This document shows, piece after piece, positions 8,200 through 16,343 of a DNA stretch of 64,000 nt (positions are counted from its first letter, which is position 1; each line of letters begins with the position of its first letter). Both the position numbers and the translations under genes were made by a program. The notes under the pieces are model-generated. The model did not search any database. It was given only the letters and a program-made list of their open reading frames with translations, and was not told where the DNA came from. The DNA comes from an uncultured Rhodospirillaceae bacterium (GTDB lineage: Bacteria; Pseudomonadota; Alphaproteobacteria; UBA2966): assembly GCA_964528595.1 (NCBI GenBank), contig CAZGTM010000009.1:2363-66362 (forward strand), written 5' to 3'.

Positions 8200-8934
8200 T
8201 CATTTCTCGACGAATTGCAGGTAATCGTCCGCCAGGCCGTTGACGGCCACATTTATTAGACGATCGCCGGCCTCCGGATCAGCCAGGGCCGAGTGAGAGC
8301 CCACGCGTCCGTCGGGAAAATCTCTCCGGTGCTCCTCGGGCGGTCCGTGTCGGTCTCCTGAGTGCGCCTTAATGTAATCGGCTGACAATTTTCGCGGGGG
8401 GTCGGAAGCCGGTCCCGGTTCGACAACGCGGTGTTCGGCCTGCGTGATGGCCACTTCCGACGGGGTCGCGTGCATGCCCTCCCAGTCACCGTAGAGTTCG
8501 TTTCGAAGCGTTTGGACCGCGTCGAAATCCCACCAGCTGCGAATTCGCACATTGGCGTTCCCAACCGCCTCGGCCGCGCGGTTCAGCGGAGCCAGGTTGG
8601 CGCCGTGTCCGTTCAGAAAATAAAAGCGTCCGAAACCCTGCGGAACCAAACCCTCCAGGATTTCCACGATCATCGCCTCGAATAATGGCTCCGAGAGGGA
8701 AATGCTGCCCGGGAAAGCCATGTTGAACGGCGCCGGCGTGTAAGCCAGGGTCGGCGCGACCAAAGCGTCGACGCGGTCGGCTGCGCCCCGGGCCACGCGC
8801 TCGGCGCACAAAGCGTCGGTTCCGATCAGGCCCATCGGCCCGTGCTGCTCGGTAGATCCGGTTGGAATGATGAGGCCCGTCGAGTTTTCAAGATACGCCT
8901 CGACTTCCGGCCAGGTGGCGAGATCCAATCTCAT
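8200..8934 (-). CDS. creatininase (creatinine amidohydrolase/MftE) family amidohydrolase
   Basis: 244 aa. ..LIIPTGSTEQHGPMGLIGTD.. and ..FLNGHGAN.. metal-site motifs of the creatininase family. Confidence 0.8.
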   Translation of the reverse strand: MRLDLATWPEVEAYLENSTGLIIPTGSTEQHGPMGLIGTDALCAERVARGAADRVDALVAPTLAYTPAPFNMAFPGSISLSEPLFEAMIVEILEGLVPQGFGRFYFLNGHGANLAPLNRAAEAVGNANVRIRSWWDFDAVQTLRNELYGDWEGMHATPSEVAITQAEHRVVEPGPASDPPRKLSADYIKAHSGDRHGPPEEHRRDFPDGRVGSHSALADPEAGDRLINVAVNGLADDYLQFVEK

Positions 8935-9572
8935 GGCGAGCTCAGGTACTCCTCGATTATCGGCCGGTAGCTGGAAAGTTCATCCGCAACCGCAGGAATT
9001 GTGTCGATTTCCCGCCGGTACGCGCCGATGGATGGCGGCCAGTCGATATCCAGCCCCAGCAAAGGCGTCAGGCCATCCAACCAGGTGAATGTGATGGGAA
9101 AACCGCAATCGCCGAGGGTCAGTCCATCGCTTTTGCCGATACCTGGGGCCGCCAGATATTTGCCCAACTGGTTGAGCCGGCCGGAAATCTCCATGGATTG
9201 TTGTTTGGCAACATCCTCGTCCCTGTTGTCAGCGGCGATGTGCGGAAACAGTTTTCGGACGGCGGGTTCCAGCCGAGTGTCGTGAAATCGCGAGCGCTCC
9301 CGGACTTTGGCGCGGTCGCCGAGAGCGGCCGGCAACATGGCCGGGTCGGGGTGCTTTTCATTGAGGTATTCTGCGATCGCCTCCGAATCGGCAAGCACGA
9401 TGTCCCCGTCAACAAGCGCGGGCAGGTTTCCTGAGGCGATGACCTGCTTGTATTCGTCCGAGCCGTATCCGCCGGGCGGCGCGACCTCACGCCATTTCAA
9501 ATTCTTGTGGCGCAGGAGGATACGCAGCTTCGCACAGTAAAGACTGGCCGGAATCGTGTAGACGGTGAGCAT
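8931..9572 (-). CDS. glutathione S-transferase family protein
   Basis: 213 aa. Thioredoxin-like N-domain with ..GNLPALVDGDIVLADSEAIAEYL.. and an alpha-helical C-domain. 4-nt overlap with the creatininase-like gene. Confidence 0.75.
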   Translation of the reverse strand: MLTVYTIPASLYCAKLRILLRHKNLKWREVAPPGGYGSDEYKQVIASGNLPALVDGDIVLADSEAIAEYLNEKHPDPAMLPAALGDRAKVRERSRFHDTRLEPAVRKLFPHIAADNRDEDVAKQQSMEISGRLNQLGKYLAAPGIGKSDGLTLGDCGFPITFTWLDGLTPLLGLDIDWPPSIGAYRREIDTIPAVADELSSYRPIIEEYLSSP

Positions 9573-9606
9573 AAGAAAATGGGGCGCCGCGGCGCCCCAT
9601 TTCTCC

Positions 9607-10395
9607 CTAGTTCTGCAGTTTCCACTTTCTCCCGAGTGAGTCGAAAAACCCGCGCTCGGTTTTCAGCGTAATCCAGGTATTGATGTAGTTGATCCAAACC
9701 TGGTCGGCCTGGGGCAGCAGCATGGCGATCGGCGTCCTTGCCTTCGGCGCGGAAACCGGGACGACCATCATCTGAGGATATTTCTCCACCAGTTTGTAGG
9801 CCTCGACGTTCGACGTGATGTGCGCATCCGCGCGACCGGCCAGAACTTCCTGGAAATCGCGGGCGGGCGCTTCGACGATCTTGTGAGCCGCGTTGGGGAA
9901 GAAGAGCTTAACCTGTTTCTCCTGGGTCGTACCGAGCGTCGCGGCGACAGTGACGCCGGCCTTGTTGAGGTCCGCCCAGTCCTTGTACTTCCCGGCGTTA
10001 TTCTTCAGCGTCAGCGGCACGGTGGCCAGTGAGAAGTAGCTGATGGAGTAACCGGTTGCCTTGGCGCGGGCCGGCGAGATCGATGCCGAACCCGTCATAT
10101 GGTACTTGCCCGACGTCACGCCGCTTACCAGCGTTTTCCAATCGGTCGGGACGAATTCGACCTTTACGCCGAGGTCTTTGGCCAGGGCGGTCATGACGTC
10201 GATGTCGTAACCCGTGTAGGAATTGTCGGCGGGATTCTTCATCGTCATGGGGTTCCAGTCGCCGGTCGTGCCGACTTTCAAAACGCCACCGTTGAGAATT
10301 TCCTGCAAGGCCGATTGAGCGTGCGAAATCGTTGCCGACGAAATCGTCATTACCGCGACCGCAAACGCGATCGAGATCAGCTTTAATGTACTCAT
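9607..10395 (-). CDS. ABC transporter substrate-binding protein, family 3 (polar amino acid type)
   Basis: 262 aa. Signal peptide MSTLKLISIAFAVAVMTISSATISHA. ..LKVGTTGDWNPM..GYDIDV...LAKDLGVKVEFV.. is typical of SBP_bac_3. Confidence 0.85.
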   Translation of the reverse strand: MSTLKLISIAFAVAVMTISSATISHAQSALQEILNGGVLKVGTTGDWNPMTMKNPADNSYTGYDIDVMTALAKDLGVKVEFVPTDWKTLVSGVTSGKYHMTGSASISPARAKATGYSISYFSLATVPLTLKNNAGKYKDWADLNKAGVTVAATLGTTQEKQVKLFFPNAAHKIVEAPARDFQEVLAGRADAHITSNVEAYKLVEKYPQMMVVPVSAPKARTPIAMLLPQADQVWINYINTWITLKTERGFFDSLGRKWKLQN

Positions 10396-10547
10396 GGAAC
10401 CCCTCCCTCTATTTTTTCTAATTCAAATTATTGCGTCTTACATTCTGAATTGCAACAAATTATACTTATTGCATGTAGCGCAACATAATGATCGCCGGTA
10501 AACGGCAATTGTTGCGAACGAAGGCGCCGCAGAGGGGGTAAACACAG

Positions 10548-11294
10548 GTGGACGGATCCAATCCGCTAATCCATATCGACCGGGTCTCCAAGCACTTCGG
10601 CGATTTTCAAGCCCTGAAGGACGTTTCCCTGGACGTTGCACCGGGCGAACGCGTCGTGGTCTGCGGCCCGTCCGGTTCGGGCAAATCAACCTTGATCCGC
10701 TGTATCAACGGCCTGGAACAGCACCAGTCGGGAACAATCGTTGTCGATGGAGTGACGTTAAATCATAGCGCGGAAAGCCTCAGGTCGATCAAGGTCAAAG
10801 TCGGAATGGTTTTTCAGCAGTTTAATCTGTTCCCCCATCTCACCGTGCTCGAGAACCTGACGCTCGGACCCATTCGGGCGCGCAATATGGCGAAAGCCGA
10901 GGCCGCCGACTTGGCCATGCGGTATTTGGAGCGCGTCCGCATTCCGGAACAGGCCGACAAGTATCCGGCCAAGCTGTCCGGGGGACAGCAGCAACGGGTG
11001 GCGATTGCCAGATCGCTTTGCATGGAACCCAATATCATGCTTTTCGATGAACCGACCTCGGCGTTGGATCCCGAAATGATCAACGAGGTCCTGGACGTCA
11101 TGACCGAATTGGCGACCTCGGGCATGACCATGATTTGCGTGACCCACGAGACCGGCTTCGCTCGGCGTGTCGCCGACAAGATGGTATTTATGGATCAGTC
11201 CGAAATCGTCGAAATGGCCGATCCCGAGAAGTTCTTTACAGCGCCCGAGAGCCAGCGCTGTCGCGACTTCCTCGATAAGATTTTGCATCACTAG
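10548..11294 (+). CDS. amino acid ABC transporter ATP-binding protein (GlnQ/HisP type)
   Basis: GTG start. Walker A GPSGSGKST, signature LSGGQQQRVAIARSL, Walker B IMLFDEPTSALDPE. Confidence 0.92.
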   Translation: MDGSNPLIHIDRVSKHFGDFQALKDVSLDVAPGERVVVCGPSGSGKSTLIRCINGLEQHQSGTIVVDGVTLNHSAESLRSIKVKVGMVFQQFNLFPHLTVLENLTLGPIRARNMAKAEAADLAMRYLERVRIPEQADKYPAKLSGGQQQRVAIARSLCMEPNIMLFDEPTSALDPEMINEVLDVMTELATSGMTMICVTHETGFARRVADKMVFMDQSEIVEMADPEKFFTAPESQRCRDFLDKILHH

Positions 11295-11302
11295 GCGCCG
11301 CG

Positions 11303-12043
11303 ATGAGGAATTTCATCAAAAGCGCCCTTTTGGTTCTGTTGCTCGCCGGCTGTTCGGGTAACTGGGGTTGGTATGTCGTCAACCCCATGACGGAATCGGG
11401 CTATATCAACCTTAAATTCCTCCTGAGCGGTCTCTACTACACTATCCTCTTGTCGTTGACGGCAATTTCGATCTCCATCCTGGTCGGTTTGATCATCGCG
11501 CTGCCGGGGCTTGCGCGGAACCGCTATCTCAGAAGCATCAACCGGATTTATGTCGAACTCGTGCGGGCGGTTCCGATATTGGTTCTCATCCTGTGGGTTT
11601 ACTACGGCATGCCAACATTGGCTGACATATCGATCAGCGTTTTTTGGGCGGGCGTCATCGCCTTGGCGCTGTCCGACAGCGCCTTCGAGGCCGAAATTTT
11701 CCGTGCCGGCATCCAATCCGTGGACAAAGGACAATACGAGGCCTCGCACTCCATAGCCCTCAATTACCCCGACACCATGCGCTTTGTGATCCTGCCCCAG
11801 GCAATCCGGCGGGTGCTGCCGGCTTTAGGCAATCAATTGGTCTACATGTTGAAAATGTCGTCACTGGTATCAGTCATCGGCATGCAGGAACTCACCCGCA
11901 AAGCCAACGAACTGGTGGTGACGGAGTATCGGCCTTTGGAGGTTTATACCGTGCTGGTCCTTGAGTACCTGGTATTGATCCTGATCGTGTCGGCCGGCGT
12001 GCGCTGGCTTGAACGGCATATGCGGGCAGACGAACGTGTTTAA
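11303..12043 (+). CDS. amino acid ABC transporter permease (HisM/GlnP type)
   Basis: 246 aa and polytopic. EAA-loop region ..GQYEASHSIALNYPDTMRFVILPQAIRRVLPALGNQ... Confidence 0.88.
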   Translation: MRNFIKSALLVLLLAGCSGNWGWYVVNPMTESGYINLKFLLSGLYYTILLSLTAISISILVGLIIALPGLARNRYLRSINRIYVELVRAVPILVLILWVYYGMPTLADISISVFWAGVIALALSDSAFEAEIFRAGIQSVDKGQYEASHSIALNYPDTMRFVILPQAIRRVLPALGNQLVYMLKMSSLVSVIGMQELTRKANELVVTEYRPLEVYTVLVLEYLVLILIVSAGVRWLERHMRADERV

Positions 12044-12055
12044 GGGAGATCGTTG

Positions 12056-12634
12056 ATGGCCGCCTGGATCAAGATGATATCGGACGACGAGGCGGATGCA
12101 GGCCTGCTTGAGACGTTGTCCCTTGCCCGCACCCCCCATGGCACGGTGGACAACGTAATGCGGGTTCACTCGCTTCGCCCCAATACCATGCGCGGCCACG
12201 TGACGCTCTACCGGGCGGCCCTGCATGACGACGCCAATACGCTGCCCACGTGGCTGCAGGAAACCATCAGTTCCTACGTATCCATTCTGAATGACTGCCC
12301 CTATTCGCTGGCTAATCATTGGGCCAACGCCCGCCACCTGATTGCCGACGACAAGCGCGCGGATGAGATCGAAACCGCATTGCACGGCCGCAAACCGGAG
12401 GAGGCGTTTCAAGGTTCGGAACTGGCGTTGTTGCGGTACGCGGAAAAATTGACGGCGTCGCCCGGCAACATGGAAGAGGCGGATGTCGAGGCCCTGCGGG
12501 CGACGGGACTGGATGACGGTCAAATACTCGAAGCCAACCAGATCATCGGATATTTCAACTACGTAAACCGATGCCTGAACGGCCTGGGCGTGACCACCGA
12601 CGGCGATATCGTGGGTTACTACAAGGAAACTTGA
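12056..12634 (+). CDS. carboxymuconolactone decarboxylase/AhpD-like superfamily protein (peroxidase-related subgroup)
   Basis: ATG 12056 preceded by GGGAGA (the track lists TTG 12053). ..MRVHSLRP..VSILNDCPYSLANH.. lies where CMD proteins carry CxxC..H; here the second Cys is Ser. The ..QIIGYFNYVNR.. tail is also present. Confidence 0.7.
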   Translation: MAAWIKMISDDEADAGLLETLSLARTPHGTVDNVMRVHSLRPNTMRGHVTLYRAALHDDANTLPTWLQETISSYVSILNDCPYSLANHWANARHLIADDKRADEIETALHGRKPEEAFQGSELALLRYAEKLTASPGNMEEADVEALRATGLDDGQILEANQIIGYFNYVNRCLNGLGVTTDGDIVGYYKET

Positions 12635-12678
12635 GTTGCTGAAATCAAATCAACTATCTGAGGATCGGGAGTAGCTGT

Positions 12679-13638
12679 ATGGCCTATGCGCAGGCAAAGA
12701 AGATTGACGCGGAACTTATTCCGGTCATCGATATCGAGCCCCTGCGGGACGGTTCGGATCCCCTTGCTGTGGCCAAAGCATTGCATGCCTCAAGCACCAG
12801 CCTCGGGTTCATCTATGTCAACGGCCACGGAATCCCGGATGGAACCATCGATGAAGCGCGCCGTTGCGCTTTGGAATTTTTCAGGGCGTCCGCAGCCGAC
12901 AAGGCGACAATTTCCGTATCCGACCGGCATCGCGGCTGGCTCGGACGGGACGGCGCCATAATGCAGGACGATGCCAAGACCGACCTGAAGGAGAGCTTTA
13001 TCTGGGGCTACCAGGACGCCGCCGGAACGACACCGACAGATCATCCCTTGCGCGGCCCCAATCAATGGCCGGAATTCCTGCCTCGGATGGAGCGGATCTC
13101 CATGGACTATTTCGCCAGAGTCCACGAGGTTGCCCACCACCTGATGCGGGGGTTTGCTTTTGGGCTCGGGCTCGATGAGAATTTCTTTCTTCGAACGGCC
13201 GGGGCACCGCTCAGCCGGGCATCATACGTCTATTACCCGCAACAGCCGGCGGACATGGGCGAGGACCAGTTCGGCGTCGGACCCCATACCGATTTTGGCG
13301 TCCTGACCGTTCTGTGCCAGGATTCCGTCGGCGGGCTTCAGGTCGAGGACATAGAGGGAAATTGGATCCAGGCACCGCCGATTGAAGGATCGCTTGTCGT
13401 CAATGTCGGAGACCTGTTGTCGCGCTGGACGGGCGGGGCCTACAAATCAACCCCCCACCGTGTCGTCAACAGTTCTGGGCGCGAAAGGCTTTCGCTGGTA
13501 CTGGCCTTCGACCCGGATCCTGACACCATGATCGATGCGCGCGACGTGGTTGGTCCGGAATTGTCGCCGACCGACGAAGCCATTACCTGTGGCGACTACT
13601 TGATTTGGCGCTTCAAGAAAGCGTTCTCGTATCGCTAG
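12679..13638 (+). CDS. 2-oxoglutarate/Fe(II)-dependent oxygenase (isopenicillin N synthase-like family)
   Basis: 319 aa. N-terminal DIOX_N-like ..IPVIDI..GFIYVNGHGIP... HxD in GPHTDFGVLTVL, distal His in STPHRV, and RxS in RLSLVLAF. Confidence 0.85.
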   Translation: MAYAQAKKIDAELIPVIDIEPLRDGSDPLAVAKALHASSTSLGFIYVNGHGIPDGTIDEARRCALEFFRASAADKATISVSDRHRGWLGRDGAIMQDDAKTDLKESFIWGYQDAAGTTPTDHPLRGPNQWPEFLPRMERISMDYFARVHEVAHHLMRGFAFGLGLDENFFLRTAGAPLSRASYVYYPQQPADMGEDQFGVGPHTDFGVLTVLCQDSVGGLQVEDIEGNWIQAPPIEGSLVVNVGDLLSRWTGGAYKSTPHRVVNSSGRERLSLVLAFDPDPDTMIDARDVVGPELSPTDEAITCGDYLIWRFKKAFSYR

Positions 13639-13648
13639 GCGGACATCC

Positions 13649-14245
13649 ATGACCGAAACCAGCGCAGGCCCGGAAAGCGCCACTGTTGATCTCGCAATCG
13701 GCTCTGCCGTGAGGGATTTGCGGGAGAACCAGGGATTGACGGCACGGCAATTGGCAGCCGATTCCAATGTCTCCGCCGCGATGATCAGCCGTATCGAAAA
13801 CGGGCAGGCCTCTCCCTCGATATCCACCTTGAATGCGTTAAGCAAAGCTCTGAACGTCCCGATGGTGAGCCTGTTCCGTGAAACATCCTCAAGTCACGTC
13901 GACTTCACCCACGTCAAAGAGGGTGAAGGATTGCGGTCGACCCGCCTGGTCGACAGTCACAGCCACGAATTCATCAATCTGGCCTTTCACACGCGGAGGG
14001 ATCTGCAGTTCGAAGCCAGGCGGGTGACTTTGGTGCGTCAATCGGCCCGTCCGCCGAATTATGTCGGTCATGGTGTCGTGTTCGTCTACGCCCTCGAAGG
14101 TGAGGCGGTATACAGTTACGGTCAACGCGATATCACCCTCAAGCCGGGGGACAGCCTTAGCCTCGATGCGGAACTGCGGCACGGCTTCAAGGAAGTCATA
14201 ACCGAGGAGTTCACATTCTTGACCGTACAAGCGGAAAGGCGCTGA
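13649..14245 (+). CDS. XRE-family transcriptional regulator with C-terminal cupin domain
   Basis: 198 aa. HTH ..LTARQLAADSNVSAAMISRIENGQASPSISTLNALSKAL.. followed by a cupin-like beta region (..VFVYALEGEAVY..PGDSLSLDAELRHGF..). Confidence 0.85.
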   Translation: MTETSAGPESATVDLAIGSAVRDLRENQGLTARQLAADSNVSAAMISRIENGQASPSISTLNALSKALNVPMVSLFRETSSSHVDFTHVKEGEGLRSTRLVDSHSHEFINLAFHTRRDLQFEARRVTLVRQSARPPNYVGHGVVFVYALEGEAVYSYGQRDITLKPGDSLSLDAELRHGFKEVITEEFTFLTVQAERR

Positions 14246-15327
14246 TGATGACACCCGATAACTTGGCTGACGGCGCAAAAAACCTGTTGCTCAAATGCGC
14301 GGAACTCGACGGTACGGAAACACTGTTGATCGTCTGCGAATCCCCGGAACTGGGTTGGTATGACGACACCGGTCCCGCGGCTACCGTCGCGGCGGCGCAA
14401 GGGATGGGCATCAGGCCTACGGTCCTCAACGTCGGGGCGCCCGAGAATGTTCGGGATCCGCGGCTTGTCGAGGCGATGGACAACCACGACTGCACGATAT
14501 TCTTCGCCCGGATCGGTGACCAAGACCGGTTTGCCGAACCGGTGCCCGGTAAAAAGACGGTCATGAGTTACGCCAGGACAGAATTCGAACTCGCATCGGC
14601 CTACGGTCGAGCCGACCACAAGGCGCTGGTTGAGTTGAAGCAGGCGGTAAACGATATCCTGCTTGGCGCCGACGTCATCCAGATCACCTGCCCCCATGGG
14701 ACGGATATCACTGGCAACGCCTCGCAGACCAAACGCGAAAACCTCGGGGACGTTTCTGTTCGGAGGTTTCCCATGGGCGTACCGCAGCCGCTGGATGCGT
14801 CCGGCATGTCAGGTCGGGTGGCGTTGTCCCGATACCTAACCCCGACGGGCTCCAAAACATATGAGCCTCCATCCGTGCCGATTGAAGGCATCGTGATGGT
14901 CGATGTGTCGCAAGGCCGGATCGGCGGGTTTGAGGGCGACGCCGGTCCAGTGGCGGAGATTCGCAACCACTACAAAATGGTGTCAGAGAAATTCGGCATC
15001 GACGCCGACGTCATCCACTCCTTTCACGCCGGTATACATCCGGGCAATGCCTATAACCGGATGGCGGAGGACGACCCTGACAGGTGGTCGAATTCCGTTT
15101 TCACCAATCCGAGGATCCTGCATTTCCATACCTGCGGCGACTATGCGCCCGGTGAGATCTGTTGGATGCTGATCGACCATACCCTGACCGTCGACGGCAA
15201 AGCACTGTGGCTGGACGGCAGACTGTGTGTGGAAACATTCGAGCAGACGGCCCGCTGCCTCGACGATTGGCCCGACTTACGCCCTCTGTTCGACAGTCCT
15301 TCCCGGGCCATAGGACTTAAGGAGTGA
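14245..15327 (+). CDS. uncharacterised protein (possible M29 aminopeptidase / NicX-like metalloenzyme fold)
   Basis: 360 aa with start overlapping the regulator stop. Clean codon usage. His/Asp-rich C-terminal half (..VIHSFHAGIHPG.., ..ILHFHTCGDYAPGEI..). The fold assignment rests only on size and loose motif resemblance. Confidence 0.5.
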   Translation: MMTPDNLADGAKNLLLKCAELDGTETLLIVCESPELGWYDDTGPAATVAAAQGMGIRPTVLNVGAPENVRDPRLVEAMDNHDCTIFFARIGDQDRFAEPVPGKKTVMSYARTEFELASAYGRADHKALVELKQAVNDILLGADVIQITCPHGTDITGNASQTKRENLGDVSVRRFPMGVPQPLDASGMSGRVALSRYLTPTGSKTYEPPSVPIEGIVMVDVSQGRIGGFEGDAGPVAEIRNHYKMVSEKFGIDADVIHSFHAGIHPGNAYNRMAEDDPDRWSNSVFTNPRILHFHTCGDYAPGEICWMLIDHTLTVDGKALWLDGRLCVETFEQTARCLDDWPDLRPLFDSPSRAIGLKE

Positions 15328-15363
15328 AGGAGACATGCCCCCGGATGCATTCATAGGTGCCAC

Positions 15364-16167
15364 TTGAACCAATCCAATCACCCTTTGCGAAATCTGGACC
15401 GGTTTCCGGATGATATCCGTCAAACCGCAGAGCGGCTGGTTGTTGACCGGTGCGGCGAGGATCCCCAGTCCTACATGACCACCGAAGATATTATCGGCTA
15501 CGTGGCTCCCGGCGCCTGTTACCGCGTTGAAGCGGACCGCCTTGTCCCTTGGGCGGATGGTCCTGAGAGCCTTGATCCTCTGCCCGAAGACCCGGACCCG
15601 CCGCCGCATTTGCGCATTGATGGCCGTTGGCGCCGGGCCGAGGACGTGCCGTCGGCCAAAGCCAACATACTGGGCGGCTTGGGGACTTTGACCGTTGTCG
15701 ACCAAACCCTAGCCATCCCCGAAGCACCCACCACGGCCGCTGCTTTGTCGTTTTACGGAGCCCGGCTGTTGGCGGTTGGCGATCCGATTATTTTTGAGAG
15801 CGATCAGAACCTGCCGGTGACCGTGGTGAACATCGGCCCGACCTACGTCTCCGACTATCTGCACGTGGAAGGCAAGGGCGGCGGTGCGTTCATCGAGTAC
15901 CATGATCGCCCGCATCTGCATATGCCGCTTGAGCGCTCGGCGGACGGACACCTCCTTTTGGGCCGTATGGAGGGCGAGGAGTATCTGTTCTCGGGATTCA
16001 AAATTCCTTTCGGCTTCGCGATTTACACGTTTCCGCACACCCTCCATGCCGACCCATATCTGGTCGGCCGATATCTCGTCGTCTATTCAGTGACGCCGAA
16101 CTACTCAACCGTCGTGTTCCAAACCCCGAACGGAAAGATCGTGCAAACGAGAATCGGCGGCGCCTGA
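15364..16167 (+). CDS. hypothetical protein (possible cupin-like C-terminal region)
   Basis: 267 aa with TTG start (uncertain). No family recognised. His-rich stretch ..FIEYHDRPHLHMP.. and ..YTFPHTLHADPY... It is the last gene before the attR-like repeat. Confidence 0.5.
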   Translation: MNQSNHPLRNLDRFPDDIRQTAERLVVDRCGEDPQSYMTTEDIIGYVAPGACYRVEADRLVPWADGPESLDPLPEDPDPPPHLRIDGRWRRAEDVPSAKANILGGLGTLTVVDQTLAIPEAPTTAAALSFYGARLLAVGDPIIFESDQNLPVTVVNIGPTYVSDYLHVEGKGGGAFIEYHDRPHLHMPLERSADGHLLLGRMEGEEYLFSGFKIPFGFAIYTFPHTLHADPYLVGRYLVVYSVTPNYSTVVFQTPNGKIVQTRIGGA

Positions 16168-16203
16168 GCGAAGTGGTTCTGGTGGCGTAAATTGACTTCG
16201 GCT

Positions 16204-16220
16204 CTCACCCTCCGCCATTT
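16204..16220 (+). repeat. attR-like core: partial duplicate of the tRNA-Ser 3' end (direct repeat copy 2)
   Basis: CTCACCCTCCGCCATTT in the intergenic space after the ORF ending at 16167. It is an exact 17/17 match to 8149-8165. Confidence 0.8.
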
Positions 16221-16343
16221 GCGATCTTATTCGCACTGCAATCCCTGAATTTTTCAGACATAATTCTGCGCTCGCCGGCGAACAGACCGTTCGTTTTCGC
16301 AAATGCCCTTCTTTGTTCGCCGCAATGGCTTAAGTGAAATGAT

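Larger units (their letters stand above)
8149..16220. mobile_element. putative degenerate tRNA-Ser-associated genomic islet (about 8.05 kb, no integrase)
   Basis: Bounded by the 17-nt direct repeat of the tRNA 3' end. The cargo is 10 metabolic, transport and regulatory genes. No recombinase ORF is visible and there is no obvious GC shift. Confidence 0.45.
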
